Source of the DNA: Anthoceros angustus
Taxonomy: Eukaryota > Plantae > Anthocerotophyta
Direction of reading: 5' to 3'
Length of the DNA: 64,000 nucleotides
NCBI GenBank assembly: GCA_010909165.1
Contig: MU008169.1
Coordinates: 1,426,001-1,490,000, forward strand
This document shows positions 1 to 13,795 of this stretch, in pieces. The position numbers were made by a program, and so were the translations under genes. Under the pieces are notes generated by a model. It was not told where the DNA came from and ran no database searches. It saw only the letters and a program-made list of their open reading frames with translations. The stretch's first letter is position 1. Every line of letters begins with the position of its first letter.

Positions 1-1225
1 ACTGCAAGAGCATTGGCAGGCCCCACCTGTGTACTCCACGATCGCCCGTAGTCTCACGGAGCAGACTTGAAATCACGTCTTTTTATCACGAATGGTATGA
101 ATGGAAGCCTCAGGAGGCAGGGTATCGCGTGGGCGAGCAAACAGCGGCTTATCAAAGTGGAGGGGCACGAAGGATCATTCTTAGGAAAGGCCATGTTTGC
201 TTGATGACAGGTGGATTGGCCTCGTTGGGATCGAGAGATGGATTAATGACGCGTTGAATCCCCGCTAGCAGAGGAACAATGAGATGTGGAGGCGAGGTGT
301 TTGTGGTGGACCGGAGGGGCAGTCCGTCACCGAGGGTACCTTGTGTGCGGCACAGCGATGCCAAAAGGCCGGGGAGTAGGAGGAGGCGGGTGGCGGGGCG
401 AGAGTGGATCACTCCGTCGCGGCCATGCTGGGGCGGGGCCAAGCGTCACTAGCGAGTGAGAGATGTCGAGGGGAAGAGACACTGAAGAGGTCAATGAGTC
501 GGGGCATCATGGGTACCTTTATTATGGAGCAAGGTCGATTGGCCGTCTGAGGGAAGGCGCGGTAGCGCCTGGGGGCCTAGCGAATGAATTTGGTTAGGGT
601 CTTTGCCAGGGCTGGACCTAAGAGAGCTTTCCGGAAGTTGTGGGTGGCGATCCCATTCGATAGGCCATCTTAGGACACATATCACGAGGCTATGATGCCC
701 CTAATAACAAAGGCGGTGTGCCCACCCGCAGAGATAATTCACAGTTTGAGATCCCCACCATTTGCACATGGGCTAGTTGGAGACGTCCGATTAGCGGGCG
801 GGGAGTGCGAGGCGCCCTAGGGGTGGGCAGCTTGCTCATACTGGGGAGGAAGGGTGATGAGCAACTGTACAAAGGAGGAGGAAACCAAGGATTAGGCGTA
901 GGGGTGCAGGCTTGTAAATGACCTGTAATGGGGTTCTTCTTGCGCTTCACCTTGTTCTTACAGTTGTGTCCCGAATAGAGAGTGTTGAGGGATCGTTGGA
1001 AGCCAGGAGGCGTGAGGGAGAGAAGAATTGAGAGAGAAGGGTCGGTGAAGGAGGGTCCAGAAGTTATCTGTGGCATGCGAGGTGTGAGAGGAGTGGAAAG
1101 AAGGAACATGGGGGAACAATGGGGGATTGGTATGTGGGGTGGCTGAAATCACCGATGCACTGTGAAAAGGTGCACATAGGAACAATGGCTACTGGAGAAA
1201 ATAGTGTGTGCGTGGCGCCCTTTGT

Positions 1226-1249
1226 TGTGTGTGTGTGTGTGTGTGTGTG
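1226..1249. repeat. (TG)12 microsatellite
   Basis: Directly visible perfect TG run. Confidence 0.95.
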
Positions 1250-1839
1250 GGGAACGGGTGTGTGATAACCTAGGAACTTAGTTTCACAAGTCGGCTGAGC
1301 ATAGGCTAGTGCGAGGAATAAAAACCCGCCCGTGAGTGGAGAGAGCCACTGCGTGAAAGCTGATGGCGCGCGTAGAGAGAGGAGGTGCTAGGGTTTGGTG
1401 TGGGACCCACCATGGTAGTTGTAACCACTACCCGGTGGTGGGAGAGCCACCGTGGTAGTACTGGGGCGGGAGGTCGTGGAATGCGCTCGGTAGTTGGCTA
1501 ATGTCGGTGTGATGGTTGAGTAGATGAAGGAGAGGGTATAGCCAAGTCCAACTAGGGCAAGGTCAATAGTGATAGAAGTTAACGTCTCTTGGCACAAACC
1601 ATTCCTTGGGAAGATCCTAGCCTACAGCGACATTGAGAGTAAATTCGGGACCTCTCTGGTGTCCTTAGACACAAGTTCACACTCCACAAAGACATGATTA
1701 CAACTGTGAGAAAAGTAGCCGACGCCAAGGGAAGGGAAGGAAATGAACCATGACTAAGAAAACCAAAAGTGTCATCCGAATCATGGAATTTAGTGCCCAC
1801 CGGTTTTCCCCGTTAGTTGTATATCTGTAAGCAGACGGT

Positions 1840-2704
1840 CTGGCCTTGCAGTATTCCACTTTGTATATTCAAATGGCTTCAAATATTATGTTGTTCCCGA
1901 GGCAAAGAGTGGATTTCTTGTTGAGAACAACTTGACAGGATTGTTCCATCGCATTCATGCATCTCTTCACTTAGCTCCGCCAGCGGGCTAAGATGAGCAT
2001 CAGCCCTTTCTCTTGATGCCATCCTGGCGTATGCAAGTCGTGAATCGACGCAGGCCACACCGCCAACAAGAAGAGGCGATGGCGAGCACGAGGTAGGAGA
2101 TCTGGTATGGGTGAAGGTCAAAATAATCGTTCTCACATCTGAAGGTAAGGCAAAGTTGGCATACAAGTATGTGGGACCTCCTTTGCCAGTGGTAAGAAAA
2201 TTCTGGGTTGCTTACTAGCTCGACACTTGCCCAACTTGGAAGATGTGCCTTAGTTTCATGGCCAGTCCTTGTTTAAGAAAATTAGTAGGAGAGCTCCACA
2301 GAAGTTCTTAGATGAGGGCAAGGCCTCACTCATGCTCGCTAGAGGAAGTGAGGAGGGATGTCACGATCGAGTAATCGGTGGCGGACCATGAGACAGCTTG
2401 ATGATAGATGCGCTATGTGATCAGCTGCGGACTGCGAGGCTAGCATAGGAAGGCCAGCGACAGCAGGCGGGCTAGGCGCGCGTTAGAGCTGATTTGAGGC
2501 AAATAGGCCAGGGTTCAATGAGTCAAATTAGGCAAGGAGGACACTAACCTAGCTAGCTAGTAACGGACTGGAACCCGGCCAGGCGAAAAGGACGTGAGAC
2601 GACAAGGCCGGAGTGAATTGATGCTCCCAAGAATCAGACATATCTCGTTCCGTCACTGCAGGCGACTTCGTGTCTTGGTCCTCTTGTCTCGAAGAATGCC
2701 GACA
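1840..2704 (+). mobile_element. Degenerate 3' end of a Ty3/gypsy LTR retrotransposon: integrase C-terminal GPY/F region, PPT and probable 3' LTR
   Basis: The + strand reads EVGDLVWVK...KAKLAYKYVGP, followed by frameshifted remnants typical of the gypsy integrase C-terminus. A purine tract AGAGGAAGTGAGGAGGGA (2341-2358) is followed directly by TGTCACG (2359). A candidate LTR end CCGACA lies at 2704. Confidence 0.7.
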
Positions 2705-2710
2705 CTGGTG

Positions 2711-3029
2711 AAGATCTCTTATTATGGTTTTGAAGTCCAAAATATGGTTATAACTCTGCGATGGTTCGGGAGGTTTGAGGGCTACCTACATGTATACATA
2801 GTTACATGGTGTATAATAAGAACAACAAACGATGGGTCAAATAAACTACACCTTGACGTGCGGCGGCAGCGAACACGCCCTCAGACCATCGACTCTTGTA
2901 GACCACGAGCACATTGACATACCATGCCAAGCCTCTTGATGCGGGCTTGACAAAACCCATGATTGTTGTTCTAATGAATTTTGAGGTCAATTGAGCTTTT
3001 TGAGGCTAGCTTTAGTTTGGAGTTTTGGG
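2711..3029 (+). repeat. Truncated, more diverged copy of the distal ~320 bp of the 2.48-kb array unit
   Basis: AAGATCTCT...GGTTTTGAAGTCCA...GAGGCTAGCTTTAGTTTGGAGTTTTGGG aligns by eye to 15053-15380. Confidence 0.9.
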
Positions 3030-3034
3030 AAGCA

Positions 3035-6000
3035 AACACGATAATTTTGAAGGGGAATATACTAACCCCTTGACGACGCACCCCTTGTCACGAAGAACAC
3101 CTTACCTAAAAGCGCATATGTGCCCTACTTTGATAATGCACACACCCTTTACGAGGTCATTACGTGATAAATGCCACACTTTCAAGTGAACACCCTAGAA
3201 ATGGAGCATGGGTGCGGGTGCATTTTTGTAGAATGTTTAGAGGGCTGCCATTTTCATATGTTTAGTACAATAAAACTTTTACTTTGAAGTGGTGGAACAC
3301 AATGAAAAACAATCTTGTACTGAGAGTCCCATTTTAATCGTCGTAAACAACATTGCAACAAACATCTGCTAAAGGAGGGAGTGGTCATCGGCGAGTCATT
3401 GAAGAGTGCGGCTGGCGACTCATCCATGCCTTGCAAACCGAGTCAAGAACCGCCATATTCTGGGTCCATATCTTCCGCCTCAAAGTTATCGTTCTCCTCC
3501 ATTGCTTGCTCGTCTTCAATAGTATCATTCACAGGCCCCATCGGCGGTGTGGGCCGAACATCTAGGGTTTCTTGACCCTCATCCAAAAGGTCGTGGTCTT
3601 CAACCGGCACTCAATGCAACCACTTGGGCAGGCAATCCTTCTCACTTATGCAAACCTCCTTTGCCCAGGCGGGATGGACCCTGCGATGCGGCTCGAGCGT
3701 TAGCTCTTCCTCTGCGTCTGGTAGGACTTGTACACCATGTGTCGTTGTTCAATGTACCGCGCACCTCAAATCGGCTTCAATCGCAATGCGATTCGGCCAC
3801 ATAGCTTGTCTGCCAATGTTGTCGTGCTCCGCCACATCCACAATCTCCTTCCACGGAGAATGTTTTGACAAGTTTTGTCATAAGGCCTAGCGGGCGTTGG
3901 TAAGGGCATACCACCCGACTTGTCGTGCGATAGGTGGACGACTTCTTGGCGGCGGTGGTGCCCAATAAGCATCCTTCCATTGTTGAAAGTCCCATGCATG
4001 GCGTTAGGCATCATAGGAACCCGATCTCTCGCACAACTTGCTTTTAGACACCATCCCATCACGCGTACTCGGGGTCTCAAATCCGCCTCATCGTTATTCA
4101 TGTTTGTCTTGTCCCGGATGAAGGACACCATGCCTCCCTTCCCACAATTTCATAGACTCCACATTGTGTGGGCTTCTTCAACTCCATGCAAGGCGATAAG
4201 CTGAACTCCTCGGTGGTCTTCTCTTCAAAACTACGAAAGCTGTTCCCAACATGGCCAAATCCATCCATAGGACCGATGTCAAACCCGAGGGGGCGTCCAT
4301 GACAAGCAAAGTGTATCTCCTTCCCGAGATAACCACGCATGTCAAGAACATTCGTCCTTCGATCGTCTTGGACACCTTTTCGATCGATGGAGCGTTGAAA
4401 GCGTGGAGTCCCTCTTGCAAGTCCTTGATGCGCTAAAGCCCGGCTCATTCTCAAGCCCTTCCAATTATTGATCTCAAATATGAAATGGCGAAACTCCGTG
4501 AAGTTTCGACAAGACCTCCACATCCTTCAATTGCCGCATGCAATCCAATGGTTAGCGAAGAATATCCTATACTTTTCCACGAAAGGGAACAGCTATTGCA
4601 ACAACGCTACGCCATCCTCGTCACCATTATTTCAACACAACGGGTGGCTCAGATGGCGCCTACCGCCGCCCTCCCCGGACCCGCTTGTGGCCTCGAGTGT
4701 GGTATGCGTGGAGCGAGGCGCCCTGGCCGGCGCCCACGGCCCGCTGCCAGAGACACCACGCAGTGGAGGGTGGCCGTCCGGCGCCCTCCACTGCACCACC
4801 CGAGGAGGCCCGAGGCTGGGCGGCGCGTGGCCGGCGCTGGGCACTGCGGCGCCACCCGCCGGGCCCCCACGTCGAGGAGGGAGCGCCGAGCCGGGCCTAC
4901 CGCCTCCACCGAGCACTCCGCTAGCCCGACGGGTGTGCGCAGAGGGCACACCGTCACCGCCACCCTAGGGGTGGCGTTGGAGGGCCGGCCGCCTTCTGAC
5001 GCAGAGACCCGGCTTGCATCCCAACGGGTGCGTAGGCGGCTGCCGCCGGCGCCCGCTGATATATGGCGGCGAGGGTGGCGCGCTGGGCCGGCCGCCCGCC
5101 TCCGCGCGCCACCCGGGAGGCCCACTGTGATGGGGCGCGGATGGCGCGCCGGCCGCTGGCGCCGCCCGCGCGCCACCCGGGAGGTGGATTGATGGGGCGA
5201 CAGGCGCCGGCCGGCCGCCCGCCTGCACAACACCCATTCGGTGGCTGGCCTGGTGGCGCTTAGGACGGCGCCGCCGCCCGGCTTCACACCACACGCAGAC
5301 GGGTGCGCAGCGGAGGGATGGCGCCCTCCGCGCACCACCCGCCGGGGTTACGGGCGTCCGCGATAGGAGGTCGCCGCGCCGGCGTGGTCCGCGTAGCGCA
5401 TTAACATTGGTCTAGTGTCGAGCATCCTTGCAAGTGGTTTCACGTGCGTGGCGGGATACACCACCACTTCCAAGTCCCGGATGAAGCTTTGTTGGATGAG
5501 GCATTATTGAGGGCCCCACAGCGGATATGTACTTCAGTATATCAAATGCTGGAAGGCAACAACGGAATGCCTGCGGATGAATGGGGACATAACGGAACCG
5601 AGAGGGGATGTTTCTCGGCAAGGCTGCACTCGACACGCATAATGAGCCGCTTCGGATTGGGGAGGTCTGACGTGAAGCCAAAAGCACCACGACTCATTTT
5701 CTTCTCCACCGTATCGCATCCACTACACAAATGCGTGATAGTGAGATATGGCAGAATACATAGTCCGCTGTGGTGGTAACCCATCTCGGTCCAATGCAGA
5801 GGAAAAAAAGGAATAAGGTCCATTACCTGAAAAACATACAAGAGGTATTTGTAATGAAATACTATCCCAGATTATGGGTTTGTGTTGAACGACGTAAACA
5901 TCTATATGTGGACAAAAAGGATAAGGGATAAGCTCATGAAGTTATGGGTTTTCACAATCATGCGAGTCAAAGTGCAGTCAAGATAGTGATGACAATGCGT

Positions 6001-6428
6001 GAGAAGCCGGACCTGATGATTTAAGGATTGAACTCGATGAGTGAAAATGAAATTGCTTTTCCCGGGTCCCAGAGTTAATTTTGTAAGTCTCGGTTGTTAA
6101 TGTGTTAGGAAATACGCCGTCTGCGGCTTTTGTGTCCTTCCTAAACCACATTTTCTCCCAAAACCGAAGTTTACAATGTCTTTTCCTAGGCAGAACTATC
6201 TCCTCACTGCTCTTACTTTGCATTATTCCTAGGTTCGGCTATACTCACCACCATTCCCCACAAACATTGCTGGATGGAAAGTAGTAACTTTATCTGCACA
6301 CCCTTTTTCGTGAGTTTTTCGCGAATGCCTTCAAACTGCTTTTTAGGGCCCATAAAAAACCCCCTTCAGAGATTATTTGCAGAAAACCCCCTTCGAGATT
6401 ATTCACCCTCTTCAAAAATTATCGTGTT
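3035..6428 (-). mobile_element. Putative TIR DNA transposon (3.4 kb) with decayed minus-strand coding remnants
   Basis: The left end AACACGATAATTTTGAAGGGGAATA matches the reverse complement of the right end (AACACGATAATTTTTGAAGAGGGTGAATA), with the first 14 bp identical. Subterminal CCCCTT motifs occur at both ends. The element splits GTTTTGGGG|CTTATCACAAG, which is contiguous in the other array units. No clean TSD; superfamily not assigned. Confidence 0.65.
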
Positions 6429-6532
6429 CTTATCACAAGTTTCCTCAAATCCTTAATTGTCAGAAAACGTTTTCACCAATACATATTCAGGCTATCATAT
6501 TGAAAGTCACACTATGTTCTAGACATATACCC

Positions 6533-7383
6533 TCATGGATCGATCTCCTCCTTTTTGTTTTGACAAGAGGTAGCCTCCATCAAGCATGTGGACAAATAGG
6601 TTATGATGTCATATTGGAATAGTACAAGTAACATGACTTGCAAAAGTAAATATTCACCGCATAAAAAGCATACTCATCATCGTTGGTGCACTCATCCTCC
6701 TTTTCAGCTTTTGACAAGAGGTCCCCTCACGTCAAGCATGTGGACAAATAGGTTACGATGTCATATTGGAATAGTACACAAGTAGTAACATGACTTACAA
6801 ACCAAAACAAAAAATCTTACCAGGATAAGAGCATACTCATCGTTGGTGCAGGCACTTGCCCCATGCATATCGGACCATGTAGCCAAAGATACCACATTAT
6901 GGATATCATGACCATATAGACTTTCGTCAAAACCAAAGCCACCCACAAAGCGCGCTATGGTTCCTTGCCCATGACACTTGCCGTTGTTTTGATTGAGCTT
7001 AGCAAATATAGTAAAACTCCCACATTTGGTGCTCGTAGCTCTCGTTATCTCAACAAACCACTTGTCGTGCTCTAAGCCAATCTTGGAGATAATCCACATT
7101 ATCGCAAGGTGCAGGCAAGAATCTTTGGCAAAAGACAAGCAATTAGCACACAAAATAAGTCATAAAGAGTAATTCTGCACATTTCATCCAAATTACGACA
7201 TGTTTCAAAAGCTTAGCGAAATTTATCATCTCGCTTCCATAATCTCGAACGAATTAAAGGTTAACATTGTCCCAAACTTTTGAAGGCGTGGGACATTTTC
7301 GCCACCAACTAATACTGACCTATATAAGCTCTACAACGAACCCCAAGACCACAATCATCCAACTAGACGTTGCATCCCGCCAT
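6533..7383 (-). CDS. Array gene, unit 1: 4-exon putative secreted protein (frameshifted as assembled)
   Basis: GCCATGG start at 7383, same exon/intron layout as the unit 12 copy, TGA at 6535-6533. Confidence 0.55.
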
Positions 7384-8499
7384 GGCTATCACTAATACCA
7401 AGAGGTCTTTGCTTAAAATTCAAGCAAGAAAGGTGTAATGCTCATACCACATCTTGCCACATATATATAACCTCTAACAAGTTTTGGTCTTGATGTTTTG
7501 TTTCAAAATTCGAAAGGATGGCAAGGTTTTGTTTTGTTTTAAATGAAGCTTTGATTAACAAGGTCTTTTGAAGAAAATGGGATGGGTTTTTTTGTTTGTT
7601 TTTCAAACTTTCCAAGACTTAGCAATTGCACATGCCGATTGCTAGTAATTAATAGGGATAGGCGGGGCGGATCTCGGGAAGAGGCTCCAATTGGGCCTTT
7701 GTTGTAACTTCGTCCCAACTACATGTCGCGGTGAGTGTGAGGGGTCATGGGGGAGAAAAGCGTAGTGTTGAGAAGAGACAATCAAGGGGCAAGAGTTTGA
7801 GTTGGTCAGCCGACTCGTCCTCTGGTTGTTGAGGACTTAGATGTTGTGGTGATGGCAGGATGACTTTCGGCCTTGGACTTCTATTCCCTTGGAGGGAGGA
7901 CGTCTTCAACTCGCCGTTGTGGTATGTATGGTGGACTGTGTGTAGAGGTTAGATAAAACTCAAGGACGAGGGTAGAATTTCAAGGCACTCGGCAAATGTT
8001 TGCACCAAATGAAACATCAAGGCGCACGTTGGGCTATGTACTACGTACCGTACCCCAAGAGGTGGTTCGAGAATAACTAACTTTTGAAAAACAGTAAGGT
8101 CAACACTTATATTTCTATTTTTGAGAGTTTCAACATTCTCTGCAAATATTGCTATCAGATTTTAACATTTATTAAAATTCATACTTACCTAGAACCAAGC
8201 ACATGTATTGTGGCGCGACTTTCGCTGACGGCCAGCCGGGCGCGCACAATCCCGTGTCGTTGTAGTAAGGAGTCCGTTCCCGAGAGAATGATAAGCTCCG
8301 TTTGCCGCGTTCGACTGATCCTTACCTTGCGTCCGCTCAACTTTAACACACGTAATCGCTGCTTTGCGCCTAACTACTCATAACGTTCACCGAGCAGGCC
8401 GGTGTGGCCAAACGCTTAAGGACCTGCTTGCCCCAGACGCCACCTTTAGTCCGTTCCTCTCATCACTCCTACCACGCCATCAACCTTGGAAAAGAACGC

Positions 8500-10365
8500 A
8501 AGTGGCTACACCGACCTCCTCCGTTGCTCAGCGGGCCTCTCGTCCGGCTCAGACGCCTCCCGAGTTCCTCCGCTCACATGCCCGTCCGCTGACGCCGCCG
8601 CCTGACGAACACGTCCCCGCCGCCTTCCCCGCACACACCACCACACGTTAGGGTCGTCACGGGACCTTGATCCTCCCGAGCCGCTCCGCCAGGACTCAGA
8701 CTCACGCTAGCATGAAGACACACAAGGTGCAAGCAGCATCAACACCAAGAGAAGATGATTTATTCAGAGCCTCATCTTATACTACGCCCAAGTCGGCGTC
8801 TTTATTACACTTATTCGAGCTGGTGGCACCCAAGACGCCCTAATCGGCCGCCTACCATCCTATTCCTCCCTCCTATCTCCTTCGTCGGTGGGCTGGGAAG
8901 GTCACAGGTTCCGTCTCGGGATTGGTGGTCCAATCTCCGTCTCGGGATTGGTGGTCAATCTCCCGTCGGCGATTGCGGCGCACAATCGGATGATCCGCGA
9001 GGCGGACCCCTTCCTCTTCCCGAATCCCGCCAGTTTTACAAGGCGGCCGACGACCGCCACACTACGCAACTTCCCCCTGCCCCCCCAAAGGTCCCTCCAG
9101 AGGGCCACCGACGCCCGCCTCCCCCAGCCAGAAGCCTGAGGGACCTCCTCGTTGCTCAGCGGGCCTCTCGTCAGACTCTGCCGCCCTCCGGAGTTCCTCC
9201 GGCTCCGTTCGGTCCGCTCGTCTTTGGGCGGCTGCTGCAGGCGAACACGGGTCCCCGTCGCTCTTCCTGCACACACCACCACGTTGGTCGTCACGGGACC
9301 TTGATCGATCTCTCCGGGGTGCCGTGCACTTTCGACTCGGGACTCACGTTAGCATGAAGACACACAAGGTGCAAAGCGGCATCAACACCAAGAGAAGATG
9401 ATTTAGCCTCGGCCCTCTTATACTCGCCCAAGTCGGCGTCTTTATTACCCTATTACGGTGGTGGCGGCCAGTCCATGTCGGCCGCCTACCATCCTATTCC
9501 TCCTCCTATCTCCTTCGTCGGCGGTGGGCACAGGAAGGTCACAGGTTCCGTCTCGGTATTGGTGGTCAATCTCCCGTCAGCAGTTCTGGCGCACCCAATC
9601 GGATGATCCGCGGGACCCCTTCCTCTTCCGGAATCACATCGGGTTGGGCGGCGGTCGGCGGCCGCGTTACCACACGTCTCCCCCCAGCTGTGGGTCCCCT
9701 CGGTAGAGGCCGGTATACGCTAAGTCGGAGGGACTCCTCCTTGCTTCGAGTCCGACTCGAGGTCCGGCCTCGACCCCGAGTCTCGAACTCGGAGTCCGCT
9801 TTATTCCCGAGTCCGGCCTCAGGTCCGGCTCATCTCGGGTTCGACCTCGTGGTCCCCTTATTACACGGGTCCCCGTCGCTCTTCCTGCACACACCACCAC
9901 GTTGGTCGTCACGGGACCTTGATCGATCTCTCGGGGCGTGCACCTTTCGATGACTCGGGACTCACGTTAGCATGAAGACACACAAGGTGCAAAGCGGCAT
10001 CAACACCAAGAGAAGATGATTTAGCCTCGGCCCTCTTATACTCGCCCAAGTCGGCGTCTTTATTACCCTATTACGGTGGTGGCGGCCAGTCCATGTCGGC
10101 CGCCTACCATCCTATTCCTCCTCCTATCTCCTTCGTCGGCGGTGGGCACAGGAAGGTCACAGGTTCCGTCTCGGTATTGGTGGTCAATCTCCCGTCAGCA
10201 GTTCTGGCGCACCCAATCGGATGATCCGCGGGACCCCTTCCTCTTCCGGAATCACATCGGGTTGGGCGGCGGTCGGCGGCCGCGTTACCACACGTCTCCC
10301 CCCAGCTGTGGGTCCCCTCGGTAGAGGCCGGTATACGCTAAGTCGGAGGGACTCCTCCTTGCTTC
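8500..10365. repeat. About 3 tandem copies of a ~620-640-bp unit inside the 6.4-kb insertion
   Basis: The marker GCATGAAGACACACAAGGTGC occurs at 8710, 9352 and 9970. Identical 82-aa ORFs occur at 9458 and 10076, 618 bp apart. Confidence 0.9.
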
Positions 10366-11968
10366 TGAGTCCGGACCTCGGGGTCGGTACTCAGTCGAAC
10401 TTGAGTGCCTTATTCCAGAGTCCGGTCTGCGGGTCGGTCTCATCTCAGGGTTCGGACCTCGGTCGAACTTGTCTCAGTCGGTCCCCAAGCTCCGACTTTA
10501 TCTCGGACCTCATCGCTAGGTCCTCATCCCTACCCACCGACCCTTGTCTTGGGTGGGTTGGCTTCCTCCTTCCGCGCCTTCTGTGGCCGCCTATCCTCCC
10601 GAGCAGTGTTGCGTGGACTTACCCCGAGATCCGTTGTATTGGCCTGGCCCGCCTCCCGAGGCTCTTCTCCCCGCTGCTGCCTCCAAACAGGCCACTAGGG
10701 TCCCCGTCTTGTCCCCATGCCCTTCATCCCTTGAGCCTTGGGTCCGTCCATGTGGCGGCGAGAGGCTTCTTAAGGAGCTCGGCGTGGTAGTAGGCAAAAT
10801 CCGAGTCAATTCTTTGGATTGCCTCTTCCACATGTGCGGAGCACCGATACTCCTTCGCCATTGGTGCTCGGGAGGCGTCTTTGTCGACTGGACCATCTCC
10901 CTGCCGGGTTTCGGTGGGCGGGGCGAATCTCGAGGCCACAAGGGCCGCCTCGGTCACCTCCAGCAACCGCTGTTGCTCACTTTGCTCCGGCTCCGTCGTT
11001 TCGCTCTGCGGCTTAGCCATAGCGCGGCGCTCCTTCCGCCTTCCTTAAGCGGACCGGCGGCTTCTTTTGCGTCCGGTGCTCTCGCTCCCGTTCATACGGC
11101 GTTAGCTCGCCATCTCCCTCTCCGGGCGGTCGGGCAACTCTGCCCGGATTCTTCAGTCCTTCTCCATTTGACGTCCTGCTCCTTGTTCCATCGCCTTACC
11201 TCCTCCGTCCAGCCTTTGGGGCCGCTCTATCTCGTTCGTGATCGTGATCACGCCTGATACCATTCCTCTCAATGGTAACTTGGGGGACTCGAGTCTCTTT
11301 GCGGTCTTCCATCTCCGCCTGTTGCTCCACCTCACGGCGGGGCGGAGATCCTCCATCTCCTTGCGGGCTTCCTTCTCCTCGGCATGGTGGCCCTTTGCTC
11401 GCCGCCTCCTGCTCCTTCTTGAGTTAGCGCGCTATCCCCGTCTCCCTCCACGGTTCGATCACGCCGATAGTGATCGCGGTCGATCTTAGCTTCCTCCTCG
11501 CCTTCACAGGCCCCCCGACTTGGTGGTCGGTAGACCGCCTCGGCCAGTCGCGAGCCTTCTGCTTCGGCCTCCTCGCCTCTGTGCGCTACCCCTCTCACTT
11601 GCGAGGTCTTGACCGCTTGGGCCTCATGCACCTTGTGCTCACCCGGTGAAGGAATTTAGTCCGGTCTGTCGAATGGACGGACTTCCCTTCGGCCTCCGTT
11701 TCCCTTCTTGATGCGGCCGAGAGCTTGCCTTCCTCCTCGCCTCTGGGCCTCCAAGCTGCTCTGGAGGAGCACCATCGCCTCCGGTGGCTTCTACTTCACA
11801 GGTCTTCTCGGTCCCATGAGACCCCCAGCATCATCCATGGTGGCAGGACGCCGTGTCTCTTCCACGGCCGCCACCGGTGAGACCCCAAAAGTCCGTAGTG
11901 GGAGGCGGGCATCTCACGGTCCGCCGAGGACCTCCACACATGATCGGAGTAAGTCGGGGTGGGTTCTC

Positions 11969-13795
11969 GGACCTAATCGGGCCTTAGGTCACGATTGAGT
12001 CGGAGCTTCCTCCTTGGCCCTCTTGGCCGCCAATTCCTTATTCGCCCTCTTAGTCACAGGGCTCGGAGGGTGAGGGGTTCGGGCCTTGCCTCTCCCGGTC
12101 GGCAGCAGGGGCAGCTCGGAGTGGGGTTCTTTGACCCCACTCCTTGGCGTCCTTTACGCTCTTCTCACGCCTCTTGACCTCTTGCCACTCCGTGGGCGGG
12201 GCAAAACACCGCTGAGTGCTGCGTTAGAGTGTGGCATCTTCCGCCTCTTGATTGCCGGCGAGTTCGTCAGCTCTCTTGCCGTTGTGGTGGTGTTTGTTGG
12301 CGTCGGGCCGTCTCTGCTGCCTTGGTTGCTCGTGAGGCACCAAGAGGAGGCGGGGATATCTTCCACACTTCCCTAGGTGGTGAGGGGTCCGTTCGGGCGT
12401 ATGGTCAGTGTCCCTTCGATCGTCCTCCTCCGGACCCGTTTGGCCCTAGGGGTCGGGCCTCTACCTCAGGCGCCTTTGCCGCTCTTACAGTAGGGCCGCC
12501 AACCCTTTCCGGGCGCCGCTCTACCTCCCCATCCTTGAGGAGTCGTAATGTCCCCATACATGGATCGGGTATGGGGATAGTCCAGCGGCTTCTCGCTCCT
12601 CGACACGGGCCTCTGGCTGAACGGCGAAGATGATCCTTCCCGTCCGCCTCTTGCCCCAGCGCATGCGGGAACACAAATTATCACCAAGGTGATCCACCTT
12701 GGTGAGCAAGTTCGATGGACAATGATCAGACTCGCCTCACCCCTGTCGGCGGTCGATATCAACCGGCCGTTGGTTGTCATTGCGTTCGGGCTTGACGCCG
12801 CCCTTCGCCTCTATCTTTCCCTCGCCTTGAGGGGCTGCGGGACTCGCCCCCATCCTCCTCCGTTGGGCGGTTGTAAGCCGCCTCGGACCTAATCGGGTCC
12901 CTTAGGTCACGATTGCCGGTCGGAGCTTCACCCTCCTTGGCCCTCTTGGCCGCCAATTCCTTATTCGCCCTCTTAGTCACAGGGCTCGGAGGGTGAGGGT
13001 GGGGCCCTTGCCTCTCCCGGTCGGCAGGGGCCCGGCTCAGTGGGTTGCCGGTGACCCACTCCTTGGCGGCGTCCTTTACGCTCTTCTCACGCCTCTTGAC
13101 CTCTTGCCACTCGTGAAACACAGCTGAGTCTGCGTTGGTGTGGCACCGTCTTCCGCCTCTTGATTGCCGGAGGTCGGGGCTCCTCTCTCCGTTGTGGTGG
13201 TGGGTGTTTGTTGGTCGGGCCGTCTCTGCTGCTTTGGCTCGTGAGGCACCAAGAGGAGGAAGCGGGGATATCTTCCACACTTCCCTAGGTGGTGAGGGGT
13301 CCGTTCGGGCGTATGGTCGTATCCCTTCGATCGTCCTCCTCCGGACCCGTTTGGCCCTAAAGGGGCCTCTACCTCAGGCGCCTTGCCTCACCCTTCAGTA
13401 GGGCCGCCAACCCTTTCGGGCGCCGCTCTACCTCCCCATCCTTGAGGAGTCGTAATGTCCCCATACATGGATCGGGTATGGGGATAGTCGAGAGCGGTGG
13501 CTTCTCGCTCCTCGACTTGCGGGCCTCACAGGCGAACGGCGAAGATGATCCTTCCCGTCCGCCTCTTGCCCCAGCGCATGCGGGAACACCAACAAATTAT
13601 CACCAAGGTGATCCACCTTGGTGAGCAAGTTCGATGGACAATGATCCTCCCTCACCTCATCCGGTCCGATATCAACCGGCCGTTGGTTGTCATTGCGTTC
13701 GGGCTTGACGCCGCCCTCTATCTTTCCCTCGCCTTGAGGGGCTCGGACTCGCCCCCATCCTCCTCCGTTGGGCGGTTGTAAGCCGCCTCGGACCT
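11969..13795. repeat. ~915-bp tandem duplication inside the 6.4-kb insertion
   Basis: CGGACCTAATCGGG...TTAGGTCACGATTG occurs at 11969 and 12884. The ORF track shows paired fragments (MEDIPASS, LLTKVDHLGDNL). Confidence 0.9.

Noticed and set aside
1-1800. Possible decayed retroelement ORF on the minus strand (C-rich, many short ORFs)
   Set aside because: No diagnostic domain motif or terminus could be recognised, so it is left unannotated.
4468-5338. Long overlapping Arg/Pro/Gly-rich ORFs on both strands
   Set aside because: Expected from stop-codon scarcity in very GC-rich DNA; no domain recognised.
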